DNA of 64,000 nucleotides from Octopus vulgaris (taxonomy: Eukaryota). The number at the start of each line of letters is the position of its first letter. Within the stretch, counting starts at the first letter, position 1. The notes under the pieces were generated by a model, which was not told where the DNA came from, made no database searches, and saw nothing but the letters and a program-made list of their open reading frames with translations. Location of the stretch: the NCBI GenBank assembly GCA_951406725.2, contig OX597835.1, forward strand, positions 8,308,001 through 8,372,000, written 5' to 3'. Positions 27,778-40,557 of this stretch are shown here, piece after piece. Position numbers and translations under genes: made by a program.

Positions 27778-28272
27778 ATGAACATATCTACTTTCAGACT
27801 ACGTCGGTCAAAGAACATATATACTTTCAGCCTACGTCGGTCAAAGAACATATCTACTTTCAGCCTACGTCGGTCAAAGAACGCATCTACTTTCAGCCTA
27901 CGTCGGTCAAAGAACGCATCTACTTTCAGCCTACGTCGGTCAAACAACATATCTACTTTCAGCCTACGTCGGTCAAAGAACATATCTACTTTCAGCCTAC
28001 GTCGGTCAAAGAACATATCTACTTTCAGCCTACGTCGGTCAAAGAACATATCTACTTTCAGCCTACGTTGGTCAAAAAACATATCTACTTTCAGCCTACG
28101 TCGGTCAAAGAACATATCTACTTTCAGCCTACGTCGGTCAAAGACCATATCTACTTTCAGCCTACGTCGGTCAAAGAACATATCTACTTTCAGCCTACGT
28201 CGGTCAAAGGCCATATCTACTTTCAGCCTACGTCGGTCAAAGAACATATCTACTTTCAGCCTACGTCGGTCA
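27778..28272. repeat. 33-bp minisatellite, 15 copies
   Basis: Unit AAGAACATATCTACTTTCAGCCTACGTCGGTCA, head-to-tail with no spacers. Confidence 0.95.
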
Positions 28273-28687
28273 GTCAGTCAAAGAACAAAGCTGTAAAATC
28301 GCAATTGGTCTTCATAGTCATGGTAACGCAATATTTATGGTTTCTTTGACACAAACAGATGTCTTCCTATTCAGAGGAATCGCTTAATTTTTTTAAAAAT
28401 TATGCTTTTTAATTATGTTCTTCCTGAATCGATTCTTAAGGAATCCTCACCGATTTCGAAATATCTATCGCTTTTCTTATTATTGTTGTCCTTTTCATTA
28501 TAGCCTTAATTCTTACATAGGCAGAGATAACTGCTATTTACAAACGGGGGTGGGGTTAGAATGGTTCTCCTTTCATTGAGACAACAAACTGACAACAGAC
28601 GTAACTGTAGCAGATATCTAAGGCCACCACATCACCATCATAATCCTCACAATTTTCCTCGTCATGAACCTCATCACCATCGACCTT

Positions 28688-28893
28688 ATCGTCGTCGTCG
28701 TCGTCGTTGTCATCATCGTCGTCGTCGTTGTCATCATCATCGTCACCACCACCACCACCATCACCATCACCATCATCATCATCATCATCACCATCACCAT
28801 CATCATCATCATCATCACCTCCACTACCACCACCACCAACACCACCACCACCATCACCATCACCATCATCATCATCATCATCACCATCACCAC

Positions 28894-28925
<32 letters not shown>

Positions 28926-29003
28926 CTACCACCACCACCACCACCATTATGATCATGGTCCTCCTCCTCCTCCACCTCCTCCTCCTCCTCCTCCATCATC
29001 ATC
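28688..29003. repeat. Compound trinucleotide tract (CGT/CAT/CAC/CCT)n
   Basis: Directly visible; source of the poly-H/D/M ORFs. Confidence 0.93.
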
Positions 29004-29321
29004 AAAAATATCTATATCTGCAGTCAAGAACAATAAGAGCTGTTACGATAACAATAGATAATAATAATAATAATAATAATATATCTCAGGAAAATGTTTT
29101 GCCAAGAGAAATATTCTTTGCGTCATTGAAATGACAGATATTTTGCAGAGAGGAAATATTAGAAACGAGCATAATAAATATGTCTGGGAAATCTTTGAGG
29201 ATTTGGAAATGGTGAAATGGTAAAATGGTAAAATGGTGAAATGGTACTTGGACTGACATGTTGACGCATCGGTAAATAATACCTGAATAAATCAAAAATG
29301 CATAGGTAGCATTTCGGTCGG

Positions 29322-30037
29322 CACACACACACATATGCACACATGTACTCACATACACTGACACACACACACACGCACATACACACACATGCACACATGC
29401 ACTCACACACACACATCTACATGCTCACACATACACACACATACACAGACACACTCACACACGCACACACACACACACACATGCACACATGCACTCACAC
29501 ACACATCCACATGCACACGCATACACACACATACACACACATACTCACACAACGCACGCACACACACATGCACACATGCACTCACACACACACATCCACA
29601 TGCTCACGCATACACACACATACACACACACACTCACACAACGCACGCACACACTCATGCACACATGCACTCACACACACACATCCACATGCTCACGCAT
29701 ACACACACATACACATACACACACACGCACACACACACATGCACACATGCATTCACACACACACATGCACAAATACACACACATACACACACACTCACGC
29801 ACACGCACACACATACACACACATACACACACACACACTCACACACATACACATGCACACATGCATTCATACACACGCATGCACACACACACACGCACAC
29901 ACACAAACATGCACACATACATTCATACACACACATGCACACACATACACACACACTCACACACGCACACACACACACATGCACACATGCATTCATACAC
30001 ACTCATGCACACACATACACACACATGCTTACACACA
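29322..30037. repeat. Degenerate (CA)n with higher-order repeats
   Basis: Recurring ACACATGCACACATGCACTCACAC blocks. Confidence 0.9.
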
Positions 30038-30566
30038 AAAATTTACATGGTTTTCACCGTGAATTTCATTGAACATGAGCAACCTTTGTTTAAAAATGAT
30101 AAAAATACCATTTTTTATACAGTAGACAATTCTTAAACATATAATCTACGATATAGCTAGGTGCACACCTTGAACAACAGGTGAGATTCGTATATAAATA
30201 TATGCATAGCAATCTTAATCTCCGACTTAAGATGGATGTCGTGTTAGAGCAACGAATTATTGCATTACTTACTTTGAGAGAATCACTTATAAGAACTAAT
30301 GGTGTATATTAAACACCTGTACTTATATCATGGACAGACGAGAATGGTGTGTACGGTGACCGCCTGATAACGTGGTTGTTATTTTTGCCCTGCCTAGGAA
30401 CCTCAGCGACATAACATACCAATCTCCTTGACAACGATATATAGAATTATAGAGTCTCTCAGACATTGATGCCACAAATAACCAAAGGGTATTTAAGAAT
30501 AAATAAAACCCGACAGAAAGTAGTTGATAAAGATGGCTTCTGGCATTAGCGACTCTTCTATTGCTA

Positions 30567-30610
<44 letters not shown>

Positions 30611-30652
30611 ACATGCAAGCATACATAAACATACACACACTTATATACATAT

Positions 30653-30767
<115 letters not shown>

Positions 30768-31337
30768 CATATATATATATACACATATATATATGTATGT
30801 ATGTATATGTATATAAGTGTGTGTATGTTTATGTATGCTTGCATGTATATATATATAGATATACGACGGCGGTGACGCACCCACATGCCTGCCTACCTAC
30901 TAAAAGGTACTCAATACATTTAGTATGAGTTATATATATATCACTTTTATTTAACATAGTTTGATTCGGCTTCATACGACTTAGAGTTTCTCAAGCTTCT
31001 TCAGACTCAGGTTACCGAATGAAGAAATCTAAGATGGCTATAGGAAAATGGACAGATGGTGGTAAAGGCAAGTCACAAGGTGTCATTTCAAGAGAGATTG
31101 GTAACTCAGCGACACCAGGTGCATTAAAAAAGAGAACACACTGGACTGCGTGACTGGACCACAAGTTGTAAAGCCTTGGTGTCTGGCGTGCATTTGAAAA
31201 TGAACTGGAAGTCGACAGTGGCGAAGCCGGTGAGAGTGTGTGCGTATGTATATGAGATGATTGAGTGCGTTGATGTGGCTGTGTGGTGTGTGTTTGTCCG
31301 TCGTTTATCTGCGTGTCTGTCATCTCTCTCTCTCCCT

Positions 31338-31426
<89 letters not shown>

Positions 31427-31427
31427 G

Positions 31428-31637
31428 AAAGTTAATCCAAACAAGAAAGCACGCAAAAAAACAACAACGCGAGGACGTGGAACAAATATAGTATTATTGG
31501 ACGCTCAGGAAAGAAGGAAAGAAGGAGGGTTTAACGTTTCGAGCGGAGCTCTTCGTCCGAAACATAGGAGAAGGAAAGATCCACAGAAGGGAAGACGGAG
31601 GAAAAGAAAATCGCCAACGGTACACACGAGGTCACAC
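31428..31637 (-). mobile_element. (TA)n-flanked short element family E (carries a hammerhead)
   Basis: Partial second copy at 40072-40162; related segment at 34583-34717. Confidence 0.7.
31529..31563 (-). ncRNA. Minimal hammerhead motif with U4G change
   Basis: Minus strand: gttt CGGACGA a gagc tcc gctc GAAAC GTT aaac. Confidence 0.6.
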
Positions 31638-31652
31638 ATATATATATATATA

Positions 31653-31888
31653 TGAATACAAAATGGGACAAGAATCGCAAAACATCCAGAAGACGATACA
31701 AAAAATGGACCGGTCATTCGAAGCCTTTAATCTTCAGTCAAGAACCGGATGATCCTCGCATTTTCGGCTGTTTAATCTTGAGATTGCCCCAGTCTGGCCA
31801 GCCCCAAGGAAAAACTAAGCTAAGAGCATTAGATTCTTTGGAAATAAAGCTTCGAATGTATACGAAACAAGGACGGAAAAACGGACCC
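31653..31888. mobile_element. Microsatellite-flanked short repeat, family G
   Basis: Reverse complement resembles 10577-10706 (CGAATGACC..GTCC..TTTTTGTATC..TTCTTGT.CCATTTT). Confidence 0.5.
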
Positions 31889-32303
31889 ACCTACCTACCT
31901 ACCTACCTACCTGAATCCGTATCGAATTCCTGGCCTCTCTTTTGCATTGTGTTCTTGGGAAAAAAACTCTTCATCTCACGCTGGTCAGCGATCACTTCGA
32001 CACGTAACTCATGCTACAACGTGCAAAGGGTCAAGCGACGTCGATTTGAAGGCGAAAATCTTTCAGTGTACAACACATACATTTGATTACTATAAATCAG
32101 TAACTTGTGATGGTTGCTCAAAACCGTCTACCGTTATGTGTGTGTGTGTGTGTGTGTGCGTGCGCGCCAGTAATACATGCATGCATGCACGCGTGGTACA
32201 TATGGGTGTTTATGACGGTAGAGTTGCAACTGTTGCCTGCGAACATAAGAGATTATGTATATATAACTGTATACATTTATGTCGTTATATATGTCTGTAT
32301 ATA

Positions 32304-32702
32304 TACTCTTTTATTTGTTTCAGTCATTTGACTGCGGCCATGCTGGAGCACCGCCTTTAGTCGAGCAAATCGACCCCGGGACTTATTCTTTGTAAGCCCA
32401 GTACTTATTCTATCGGTCTCTTTCGCCGAACCGCTAAGTGACGGGGACGTAAACACACCAGCATCGGTTGTCAAGCAATGCTAGGGGGACAAACACAGAC
32501 ACACAGACACACACACATATACATATATATACATATATACGACAGGCTTCTTTCAGTTTCCATCTACCAAATCCACTCACAAGGCATTGGTCGGCCCGGG
32601 GCTATAGCAGAAGACACTTGCCCAAGATGCCACGCAGTGGACTGAACCCGGAACCATGTGGTTGGTTAGCAAGCTACTTACCACACAGCCACTCCTGCGC
32701 CT
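32304..32702 (-). mobile_element. SINE family A, full length
   Basis: Matches the family A consensus. Confidence 0.92.
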
Positions 32703-32721
32703 ATATATAAAGAAATATATA

Positions 32722-32858
32722 TATTTCTTTACTACCCACAAGGGGCTAAACACAGAGGGGACAAACAAGGACAGACAAAGGGATTAAGTCGATTATATCG
32801 ACTCCAGTGCGTAACTGGTACTTAATTTATCGACCCCGAAAGGATGAAAGGCAAAGTC
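32722..32858 (-). mobile_element. SINE family B, 3' portion
   Basis: Reverse complement of the B body and tail. Confidence 0.85.
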
Positions 32859-33111
32859 TGTATATATATATATATATATATATGTCTGTATATATGTCTG
32901 TATATGTCTGCAATTTATGATCATTTGCATGCACGTATGCACGTATTTAGGTATATATATGCGTGTGTGTGTATGTGTATGTGTATGTGTCTGCATATGT
33001 GTGTGTATACGTGTCTATTTCTACACCTACAGAAACGTGTTAATATACATGTACATGTATGAGTGCGTGTGTGTGTATCTGTATGCGGGTGTATTTTTTA
33101 AAGTGTATGCA

Positions 33112-33171
<60 letters not shown>

Positions 33172-33312
33172 TGGAGGTGTTTTGTATGAATCATCGGTGT
33201 CAAGTCTCTGATAGAAAATGCATTGACAGCAAATCACTTTCACGCCAAACCCCATTAACCTGGGATCTAATAAATGCCATACCTGCGGATTAGAAGCATT
33301 GGAATGCACGAA

Positions 33313-33356
<44 letters not shown>

Positions 33357-33584
33357 AAGAGAAAGCGAAATAGTGAGTGATAGAAAGTGTAATAGAGAGA
33401 TAGGTGTGAGAGAGAGAGAATTGATTAAAAGTGATTCAAATACAATTGACGGAGGAGTGGGTAGAGTGACAAAGAAAGAAAGAAAGAGGAACAAAACAAG
33501 AATATGCTACTCGTTCAAACACAAGGTTATGATCTTACACGACCTGCATATCATATTCTCCTTTCCTTGTGTTTTGTCCCCCTC

Positions 33585-33666
<82 letters not shown>

Positions 33667-33667
33667 G

Positions 33668-33872
33668 AAAATTTAATGGACTGACCACTCAAAAAGTAGA
33701 CGGTCAACATGCTAGATATAGACGTGAAATCGCTATTTTCCACAAAGAATATGTTCTCAAATATGTGGTGAGTTTTTATTTGAGAAGTTATTCTTTGTGG
33801 AAAATAGCGATTTGACGTCTGTATCTAGCATGTTGACCGTCCACTTTTCGAGTAGTCAGTCCTTTAAATTTT
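33668..33872. mobile_element. Fold-back/MITE-like palindrome
   Basis: ~96-bp inverted arms 33668-33763 and 33777-33872 with a 13-nt loop. Confidence 0.75.
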
Positions 33873-33969
33873 GTATGTAAAAATATTTTAATCTTCGGAT
33901 TTTTTTATGCTGGGCTACTGGTTTTAATTGATTAATATCAATTTCTACCCTTATTAAAGAAGGTTTTGA

Positions 33970-34023
33970 AACCACCTGAAGAATGTCTCATAGAAGTGCT
34001 GACACGAAACGATCGTAGTGGTT
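33970..34023 (+). ncRNA. Type I minimal hammerhead ribozyme motif
   Basis: aaccac CTGAAGA a tgtc..gaca c GAAAC gatc GTA gtggtt; palindromic stem III ACGATCGT. Confidence 0.8.
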
Positions 34024-34117
34024 ATTTTAATTAAATTTAATTATATAAATTATTTTATGTATTGGCTTAAGTCTTTCTTTGTTTGATTTGCATAATAGTG
34101 GTTTTGTCTCTAATTTA

Positions 34118-34175
<58 letters not shown>

Positions 34176-34601
34176 ACTTAGCTGTAGAAATGAGTTGCAA
34201 CATCACTGGTGCCAAGCCGTATCGGCCCCTTTGCCTTTCCCTTGGATAACATCAGTGGTGTGGAGAAGGGAGGCTTGTACGCAGGGGCGACTACTGGCCT
34301 TCCATAAACAACTTTGCCCGGATTTGTGCCTCGGAGGGTAACTTTGTAGGTGCAATCCCATGGCCGTTCGTGACCGAAGTGGGGTTTCCTCGTTACTTTT
34401 AAACTATATTCTTGTTACTTTTCATTTGTCTTGCTCGCTTACGTTTCTGGTGTTTGCTAAATTTTCTAGAGAACATTTCTTAGTGGTAAGACCATAGCGG
34501 ATCTACTTCTAGCATTAGGGTGTCCACATAGTAGTAATCCCTCTCATATGTGTGTACATATATATATATATATATTCATATAACGCTCAGGAATAAAAAA
34601 G

Positions 34602-34639
34602 TCTTTTACGTTTCGAGCCTACGCTCTTCTACAGAAAGA
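34602..34639 (-). ncRNA. Minimal hammerhead motif with A6U change
   Basis: Minus strand: tcttt CTGTAGA a gagc gtag gctc GAAAC GTA aaaga. Confidence 0.6.
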
Positions 34640-34719
34640 GACACAGAAAAAACAAGGAGAGAAACAAGGAGAAACAAGAGGAGAGAAAAAATGTGTGTAG
34701 TAGCTAACGATCTATCATA

Positions 34720-34765
<46 letters not shown>

Positions 34766-35880
34766 TTTTCGATATATATTTGCACACACGCACACCCACA
34801 CAAATATGTAGGCGTCATTTTTATTACAAGACTGTGCATGAGTTAAGTTTTGCCCTTCAATGTTTTCTTTATAGCTTTATTAGTTACAGCAATTTAGTTT
34901 TAAAACAATAATGTTATTAAATCCATTAATATTTTAGTAACTACTCAGTTGTTTTGATTCAAATTCAAAAACTTCCGACAAAGTGAAAAGACAAAGATTT
35001 AAACATTTTCAAAAATACTGTGTAAACTTTATTGCATGAAACGTCTAATGGACTCTTCATCTTTGAAGGAGGAAGAGTATTTCGTAATAAAATTCCTCAA
35101 CTAATAATGAAATCATGTGTTTCGAGCGCGCTTTCAAAAATTTTTTCCTCGGTTATCAATTTTGTTTAGACTTGACATTCACAACGAATCAGAAATAACA
35201 ATGAAAGCTTAGTATTCTCAATAATGGTGGATAGTGTATTAATGTGTACATAACATAGATTTTGGTAACCTCACTCGGTAAATGCGTAAACCCTGGCCAA
35301 ATTACTCTTGTTAATTTTGGCACAAACTTCCTCCTAAAAGAAAAGTACGATTAAGAATGAATTTGGACACAAATTACTTTATCAGTCTCTCGAGACTCTC
35401 AGTAGTAAAAGTATAATACATCATGGACGACAAAAGGCTGTGTGAGAAAGCAATTTGCAGATATAAAAAACTGACAACAAAAGCGTACATCACAAACGTG
35501 TTAAACTAGCGGTTCTTAGGGTCCGAGAAAAAAAAACAAGATAAAGGTTTTTATAGGTAAAAGCGATAAGCGTAATCTATTTGGTATCATGAGAAAAAAG
35601 CGATAATATTACAAAAACAACAATATAATATGATAACCATAAACTCGTTCAAATAAAGTCATCACTACACAAACTAAATGATAAACAATATATTAATTAT
35701 TGTTGCAAACTCAGAATAGCTTCAGTCCGTTACCAAATGCAGAAAAAAAATCTATTGGACACCGAAAAAAAACGTATAATTAGATTAAAGCCTTGCTATA
35801 TATAACATAGAAAATTAATGCAGTAACTCATTTAATCGCTGAGAGTAAAGAGATATACACCAGAGATCTGTAGACTATAT

Positions 35881-36404
35881 ACATTCATTAAATGAGAATG
35901 CAGAAGTTTTTTTTAAATATTAACATATTTCCAGTATGTAGGTAGAAAAGTTATGGAGATGTACTTGCATAGCAAGTGATTTGATCTGAGATCGTGTGCT
36001 GAAACGAAAACAATTGCAGCGTGGAAGGTGTTTGTAAGCCATTTAAGAAACACACAAAAGCTGTTCGATTTACTTCAACATTTAAGTTTAATTTGTCAAA
36101 ATATTTTCGTCGCTTCAAGACCTGTTCACTGTCAGCACGGATTTTTGTCAGTGAACAGGTCGCGGTCTTAAAGCGACGAAAATATTTTGACAAATTAAGC
36201 TTAAATGTTGAAGTGAATCGAACAGCTTTTGTGTGTTTCTTAAATGGCTTACAAACACCTTCCACTCTGCAATTGTTTTCGTTTCAGCACACGATCTCAG
36301 ATCAAATCACTTGCTATGCAAATACATCTCCATAACTTTTCTACCTACATACTGGAAATATTTTAATATTTAAAAACAAATTCTGCATTCTCATCTAATG
36401 AATG
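35881..36404. mobile_element. Long fold-back element (~250-bp arms) with a central hammerhead-like motif
   Basis: Near-perfect inverted repeat; the two strands give near-identical ORFs (35951- and 36021+); extra partial direct copy at ~36403-36436. Confidence 0.85.
36144..36194 (+). ncRNA. Hammerhead ribozyme motif, G3-C8 compensatory core variant
   Basis: tttgtca GTGAACA g gtcgc..gcgac GAAA A ta TTT tgacaaa. Confidence 0.65.
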
Positions 36405-36937
36405 TTTCTTAAATGGCTTAAAAACACCTTCCACGCAGCAGGTAAAAATATTTTTTATCAATGTCTTTGCTACTAAATCAGGTTTATAAACACGCATCTA
36501 CAAAAAATTAAAACAAAAACGGTGAGAAACATCCCCCGGTTTTAGTTGGTTTACACAGTTGGAGATCCCTTCTAATTCCTAGCAAAACAATCTATACACG
36601 CTTTCTATACATCGAATCTATGCATCCAATGTGCATACTAAATATATCTATATAGAAGTTTCCACTTCGGTTCACCTTTGTGGCACTCAACATGGCCAAC
36701 GTTGAAATCAAAGTTATTTTCCAATATAACAACCGTATAGAACAGATATGTCAATGACATTTATATTGTGGCGGGGGCGGAAGAAGAAGCAGACGTAAAA
36801 TTTCGAAAAGAATTCTATATTTCATCGTAAAATTTCAACATATTTCAAGCAGAATTCACATTATTCCCTCTGGCCATTTTTCGATATAAGACTAGGAAGA
36901 AGCCATAGCAATATGTATGACAGTCATTGACAAATGA

Positions 36938-37417
<480 letters not shown>

Positions 37418-38220
37418 AAAAAGAGGCACTCGTCATAAGTGTAAAATATCTGAGACGAGTGTTTATAGTTTTCGTTCATTAAAGAATATATAAATATATA
37501 AATATATAATGTCATATTATTAAAGCAACGGGACCCTCGTCGTCGCAACCGACGGAGCGCTCCTATATAGTTAATTACGACTTCTCGATTACAACATGAA
37601 ACAAAACAGTAGGATTGTAAACGAGGTGATATAACAAATAAAATATCAAATGAAACTCACGTATCTGACGACATTAACTAAATGGACATTCGTTACAAAA
37701 ATAACAACAAAACAATGCATGAATAAGTTATGAAAAGTATAAAACAGAACCCATCTCGCATCGCATCTAAGAGGACACTCTGAGAGCAAGAGAGCATAAT
37801 TGAATAGAGTGTCGTAAATAATGAAACCAGAGAATATGTTTCGAACGGAATAAATCAAATGAACATCAACAAGGCGAAACTGTAAACTCTGCCAGTGAAG
37901 CTGTTACGTTGGATAAACGTAACATTTTCTCATTGGCAGCAGAGGAAGCATTGAAAGCGAGGGGCCATTGCAGAACCTTGTGAAGTAGAACGGGATATAA
38001 CACCTGATAAAGCACGGTTAATAGCTGACATTTTATTTAGAGATTCCACCAAAATATCGAGACTGGTAATGAAGGTGGCTTCATTAATGGCAAAAATCGA
38101 TACTCTGACGCAATTCGAATTAAAGAATCTCTGTGAAAATAACCACGGTTGGCACAATGACCATTTTTTATTCGCGAACAAAATTTTTCCTATGTTACGT
38201 TGCTGTTTACTATAAACTTC

Positions 38221-38594
38221 GGAGGCGCAATGGCCCAGTGGTTAGGGCAGCGGACTCGCGGTTTCGATTCCCAGACCGGTCGTTGTGAGTGTTTATTGAG
38301 CGAAAACACCTAAAAAAAAAGCTCCACGAGGCTCCGGCAGGGGATGGTGGTGATCCCTACTGTACTCTTTCACCACAACTTTCTCTCACTCTTACTCCCT
38401 GTTTCTGTTGTACCTGTATTTCAAAGGGCCGGCCTTGTCACTCTCTGTGTCACGCTGAATATCCACGAGAACTACGTTAAGGGTACACGTGTCTGTGGAG
38501 TGCTCAGCCACTTACACGTTAATTTCACGAGCAGGCTGCTCCGTTGATTCGGATCAACCGGAACCCTCGTCGTCGTAACCGACGGAGTGCTTCC
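38221..38594 (+). mobile_element. SINE family C, tail variant 1
   Basis: TSD ACTATAAACTTC at 38209-38220 and 38595-38606. Confidence 0.93.
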
Positions 38595-38917
38595 ACTATA
38601 AACTTCATAACCAGCTGATCTAGCAAGCGAGGCCTCATATCAGTGAGGGGGGGGTGCGCATTGATGCCGTCGAGAGGCAGGCCCCGAAACGGTACGCATT
38701 CTCTCCGATGACCCCATACACTTGCTAGCTTCCGGTATACGGAGCTTTTAACTGGTAGCACTTGCATGTGCAAGTTGTTTGCAAGACATTGCTGTTTACG
38801 ATAAACACGTCAAGTGACATTTAATTCGGAAGACAAGAACGAGAAGATCTCGAAATTTTAATGCAATTAGGAAGGTTGCTTTCCCTAAACAAAGAATAAT
38901 GGTCTAAGCAGTAAATA

Positions 38918-39058
38918 TAAGGTTGTCCCAAAAGTTCGTAGAAAGTCTTGGAAAATAATGGTCTTTATTTTGAGGAATATTTTTTGTTGCTTTTGTTAGT
39001 ACTCGGCGAGTAAAAATTCAATTTTCGCAAGTGTTTACGAACTTTTGGGACAACCTAA
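38918..39058. mobile_element. Tc1/mariner-type MITE
   Basis: TIR T(T/A)AGGTTGTCCCAAAAGTTCGTA at both ends, flanked by TA. Confidence 0.82.
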
Positions 39059-39349
39059 TATTAAATATCTTTACTAAAAGATTACAATCTAAATGCCACA
39101 TCTTCTATAGACACATGTAATACATATACCCACATGTATGCATGTGTGTGTGTGTGAATGATTAGACATGTGTGCGTCTCATTGTCTTTCATGGTTGCAC
39201 ATGTGGACTGCATGGGTTAAGTGTGTTTTTGTTATTTGTCCATTCGTAACAAGAGTCCTTAAGAGAAATCATTGTGTGTGTGTGCGAGTGTGCGTGTGTG
39301 CGCTCGCGTGCGTTCAAGTGTGTCTCATGTCAGAACTTGGAGCTAAGAT

Positions 39350-39495
39350 TTAGCACGATTGTGTTGGTATTTCGTCCGCCTTTACGCCGAGGTTGACGTT
39401 GCCTTTCATCCTTCGGGGTTGATAAAATAAGTACCAGTTGAATACTGGGGTGAATGTAATTCACTTACCATACCCCACGAAATTACTAGCCTCAT
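39350..39495 (+). mobile_element. Degenerate SINE family B-related fragment
   Basis: GCCTTTCATCCTTCGGGGTTGATAAAATAAGTACCAGTTG core. Confidence 0.7.
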
Positions 39496-39552
39496 GTCGA
39501 TATTGGCACGTTATGTTATACATATAAATGTGTGTGTTTGCTTATTTCGTGT

Positions 39553-39613
<61 letters not shown>

Positions 39614-39789
39614 CTTGTGTGTCTGTCTGTATGTGTATATTTAGGTGTAATCTATTGGGCATCAAGACCTATGCATCTACCATTGAAGTTGTATGTAAAG
39701 AATGTATTAACATTTTACCATAAAATATACTATGAAATACCTATGTGTGTATATATGTATGTACACACACTATATATATATACCCTCTT

Positions 39790-40557
<768 letters not shown>

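Noticed and set aside
27778-28272. CRISPR-like array (33-bp repeats)
   Set aside because: Repeats are contiguous with no unique spacers, there are no cas genes, and the context is eukaryotic.
28556-29134. Poly-His/Asp/Gly/Ser-Pro ORFs
   Set aside because: Compound trinucleotide microsatellite open in all frames; no supported exon structure.
30975-31012. Minus-strand CTGAAGA...GAAAC...GTC motif
   Set aside because: Core words are present but stems I and II do not pair; at best a decayed relic.
34195-34390. GC-richer module after (TA)n, possibly a SINE or LINE tail
   Set aside because: Single copy in the window with no diagnostic feature.
35951-36335. Pair of near-identical 104-aa ORFs on opposite strands
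   Set aside because: A trivial consequence of the inverted repeat; GTG starts and no recognisable domain.
37870-38200. Possible RT motif (SRSTSQGSAMAP) on the minus strand
   Set aside because: Only a loose resemblance to GVPQGS.L.P, with no clear downstream YADD; too weak to call.
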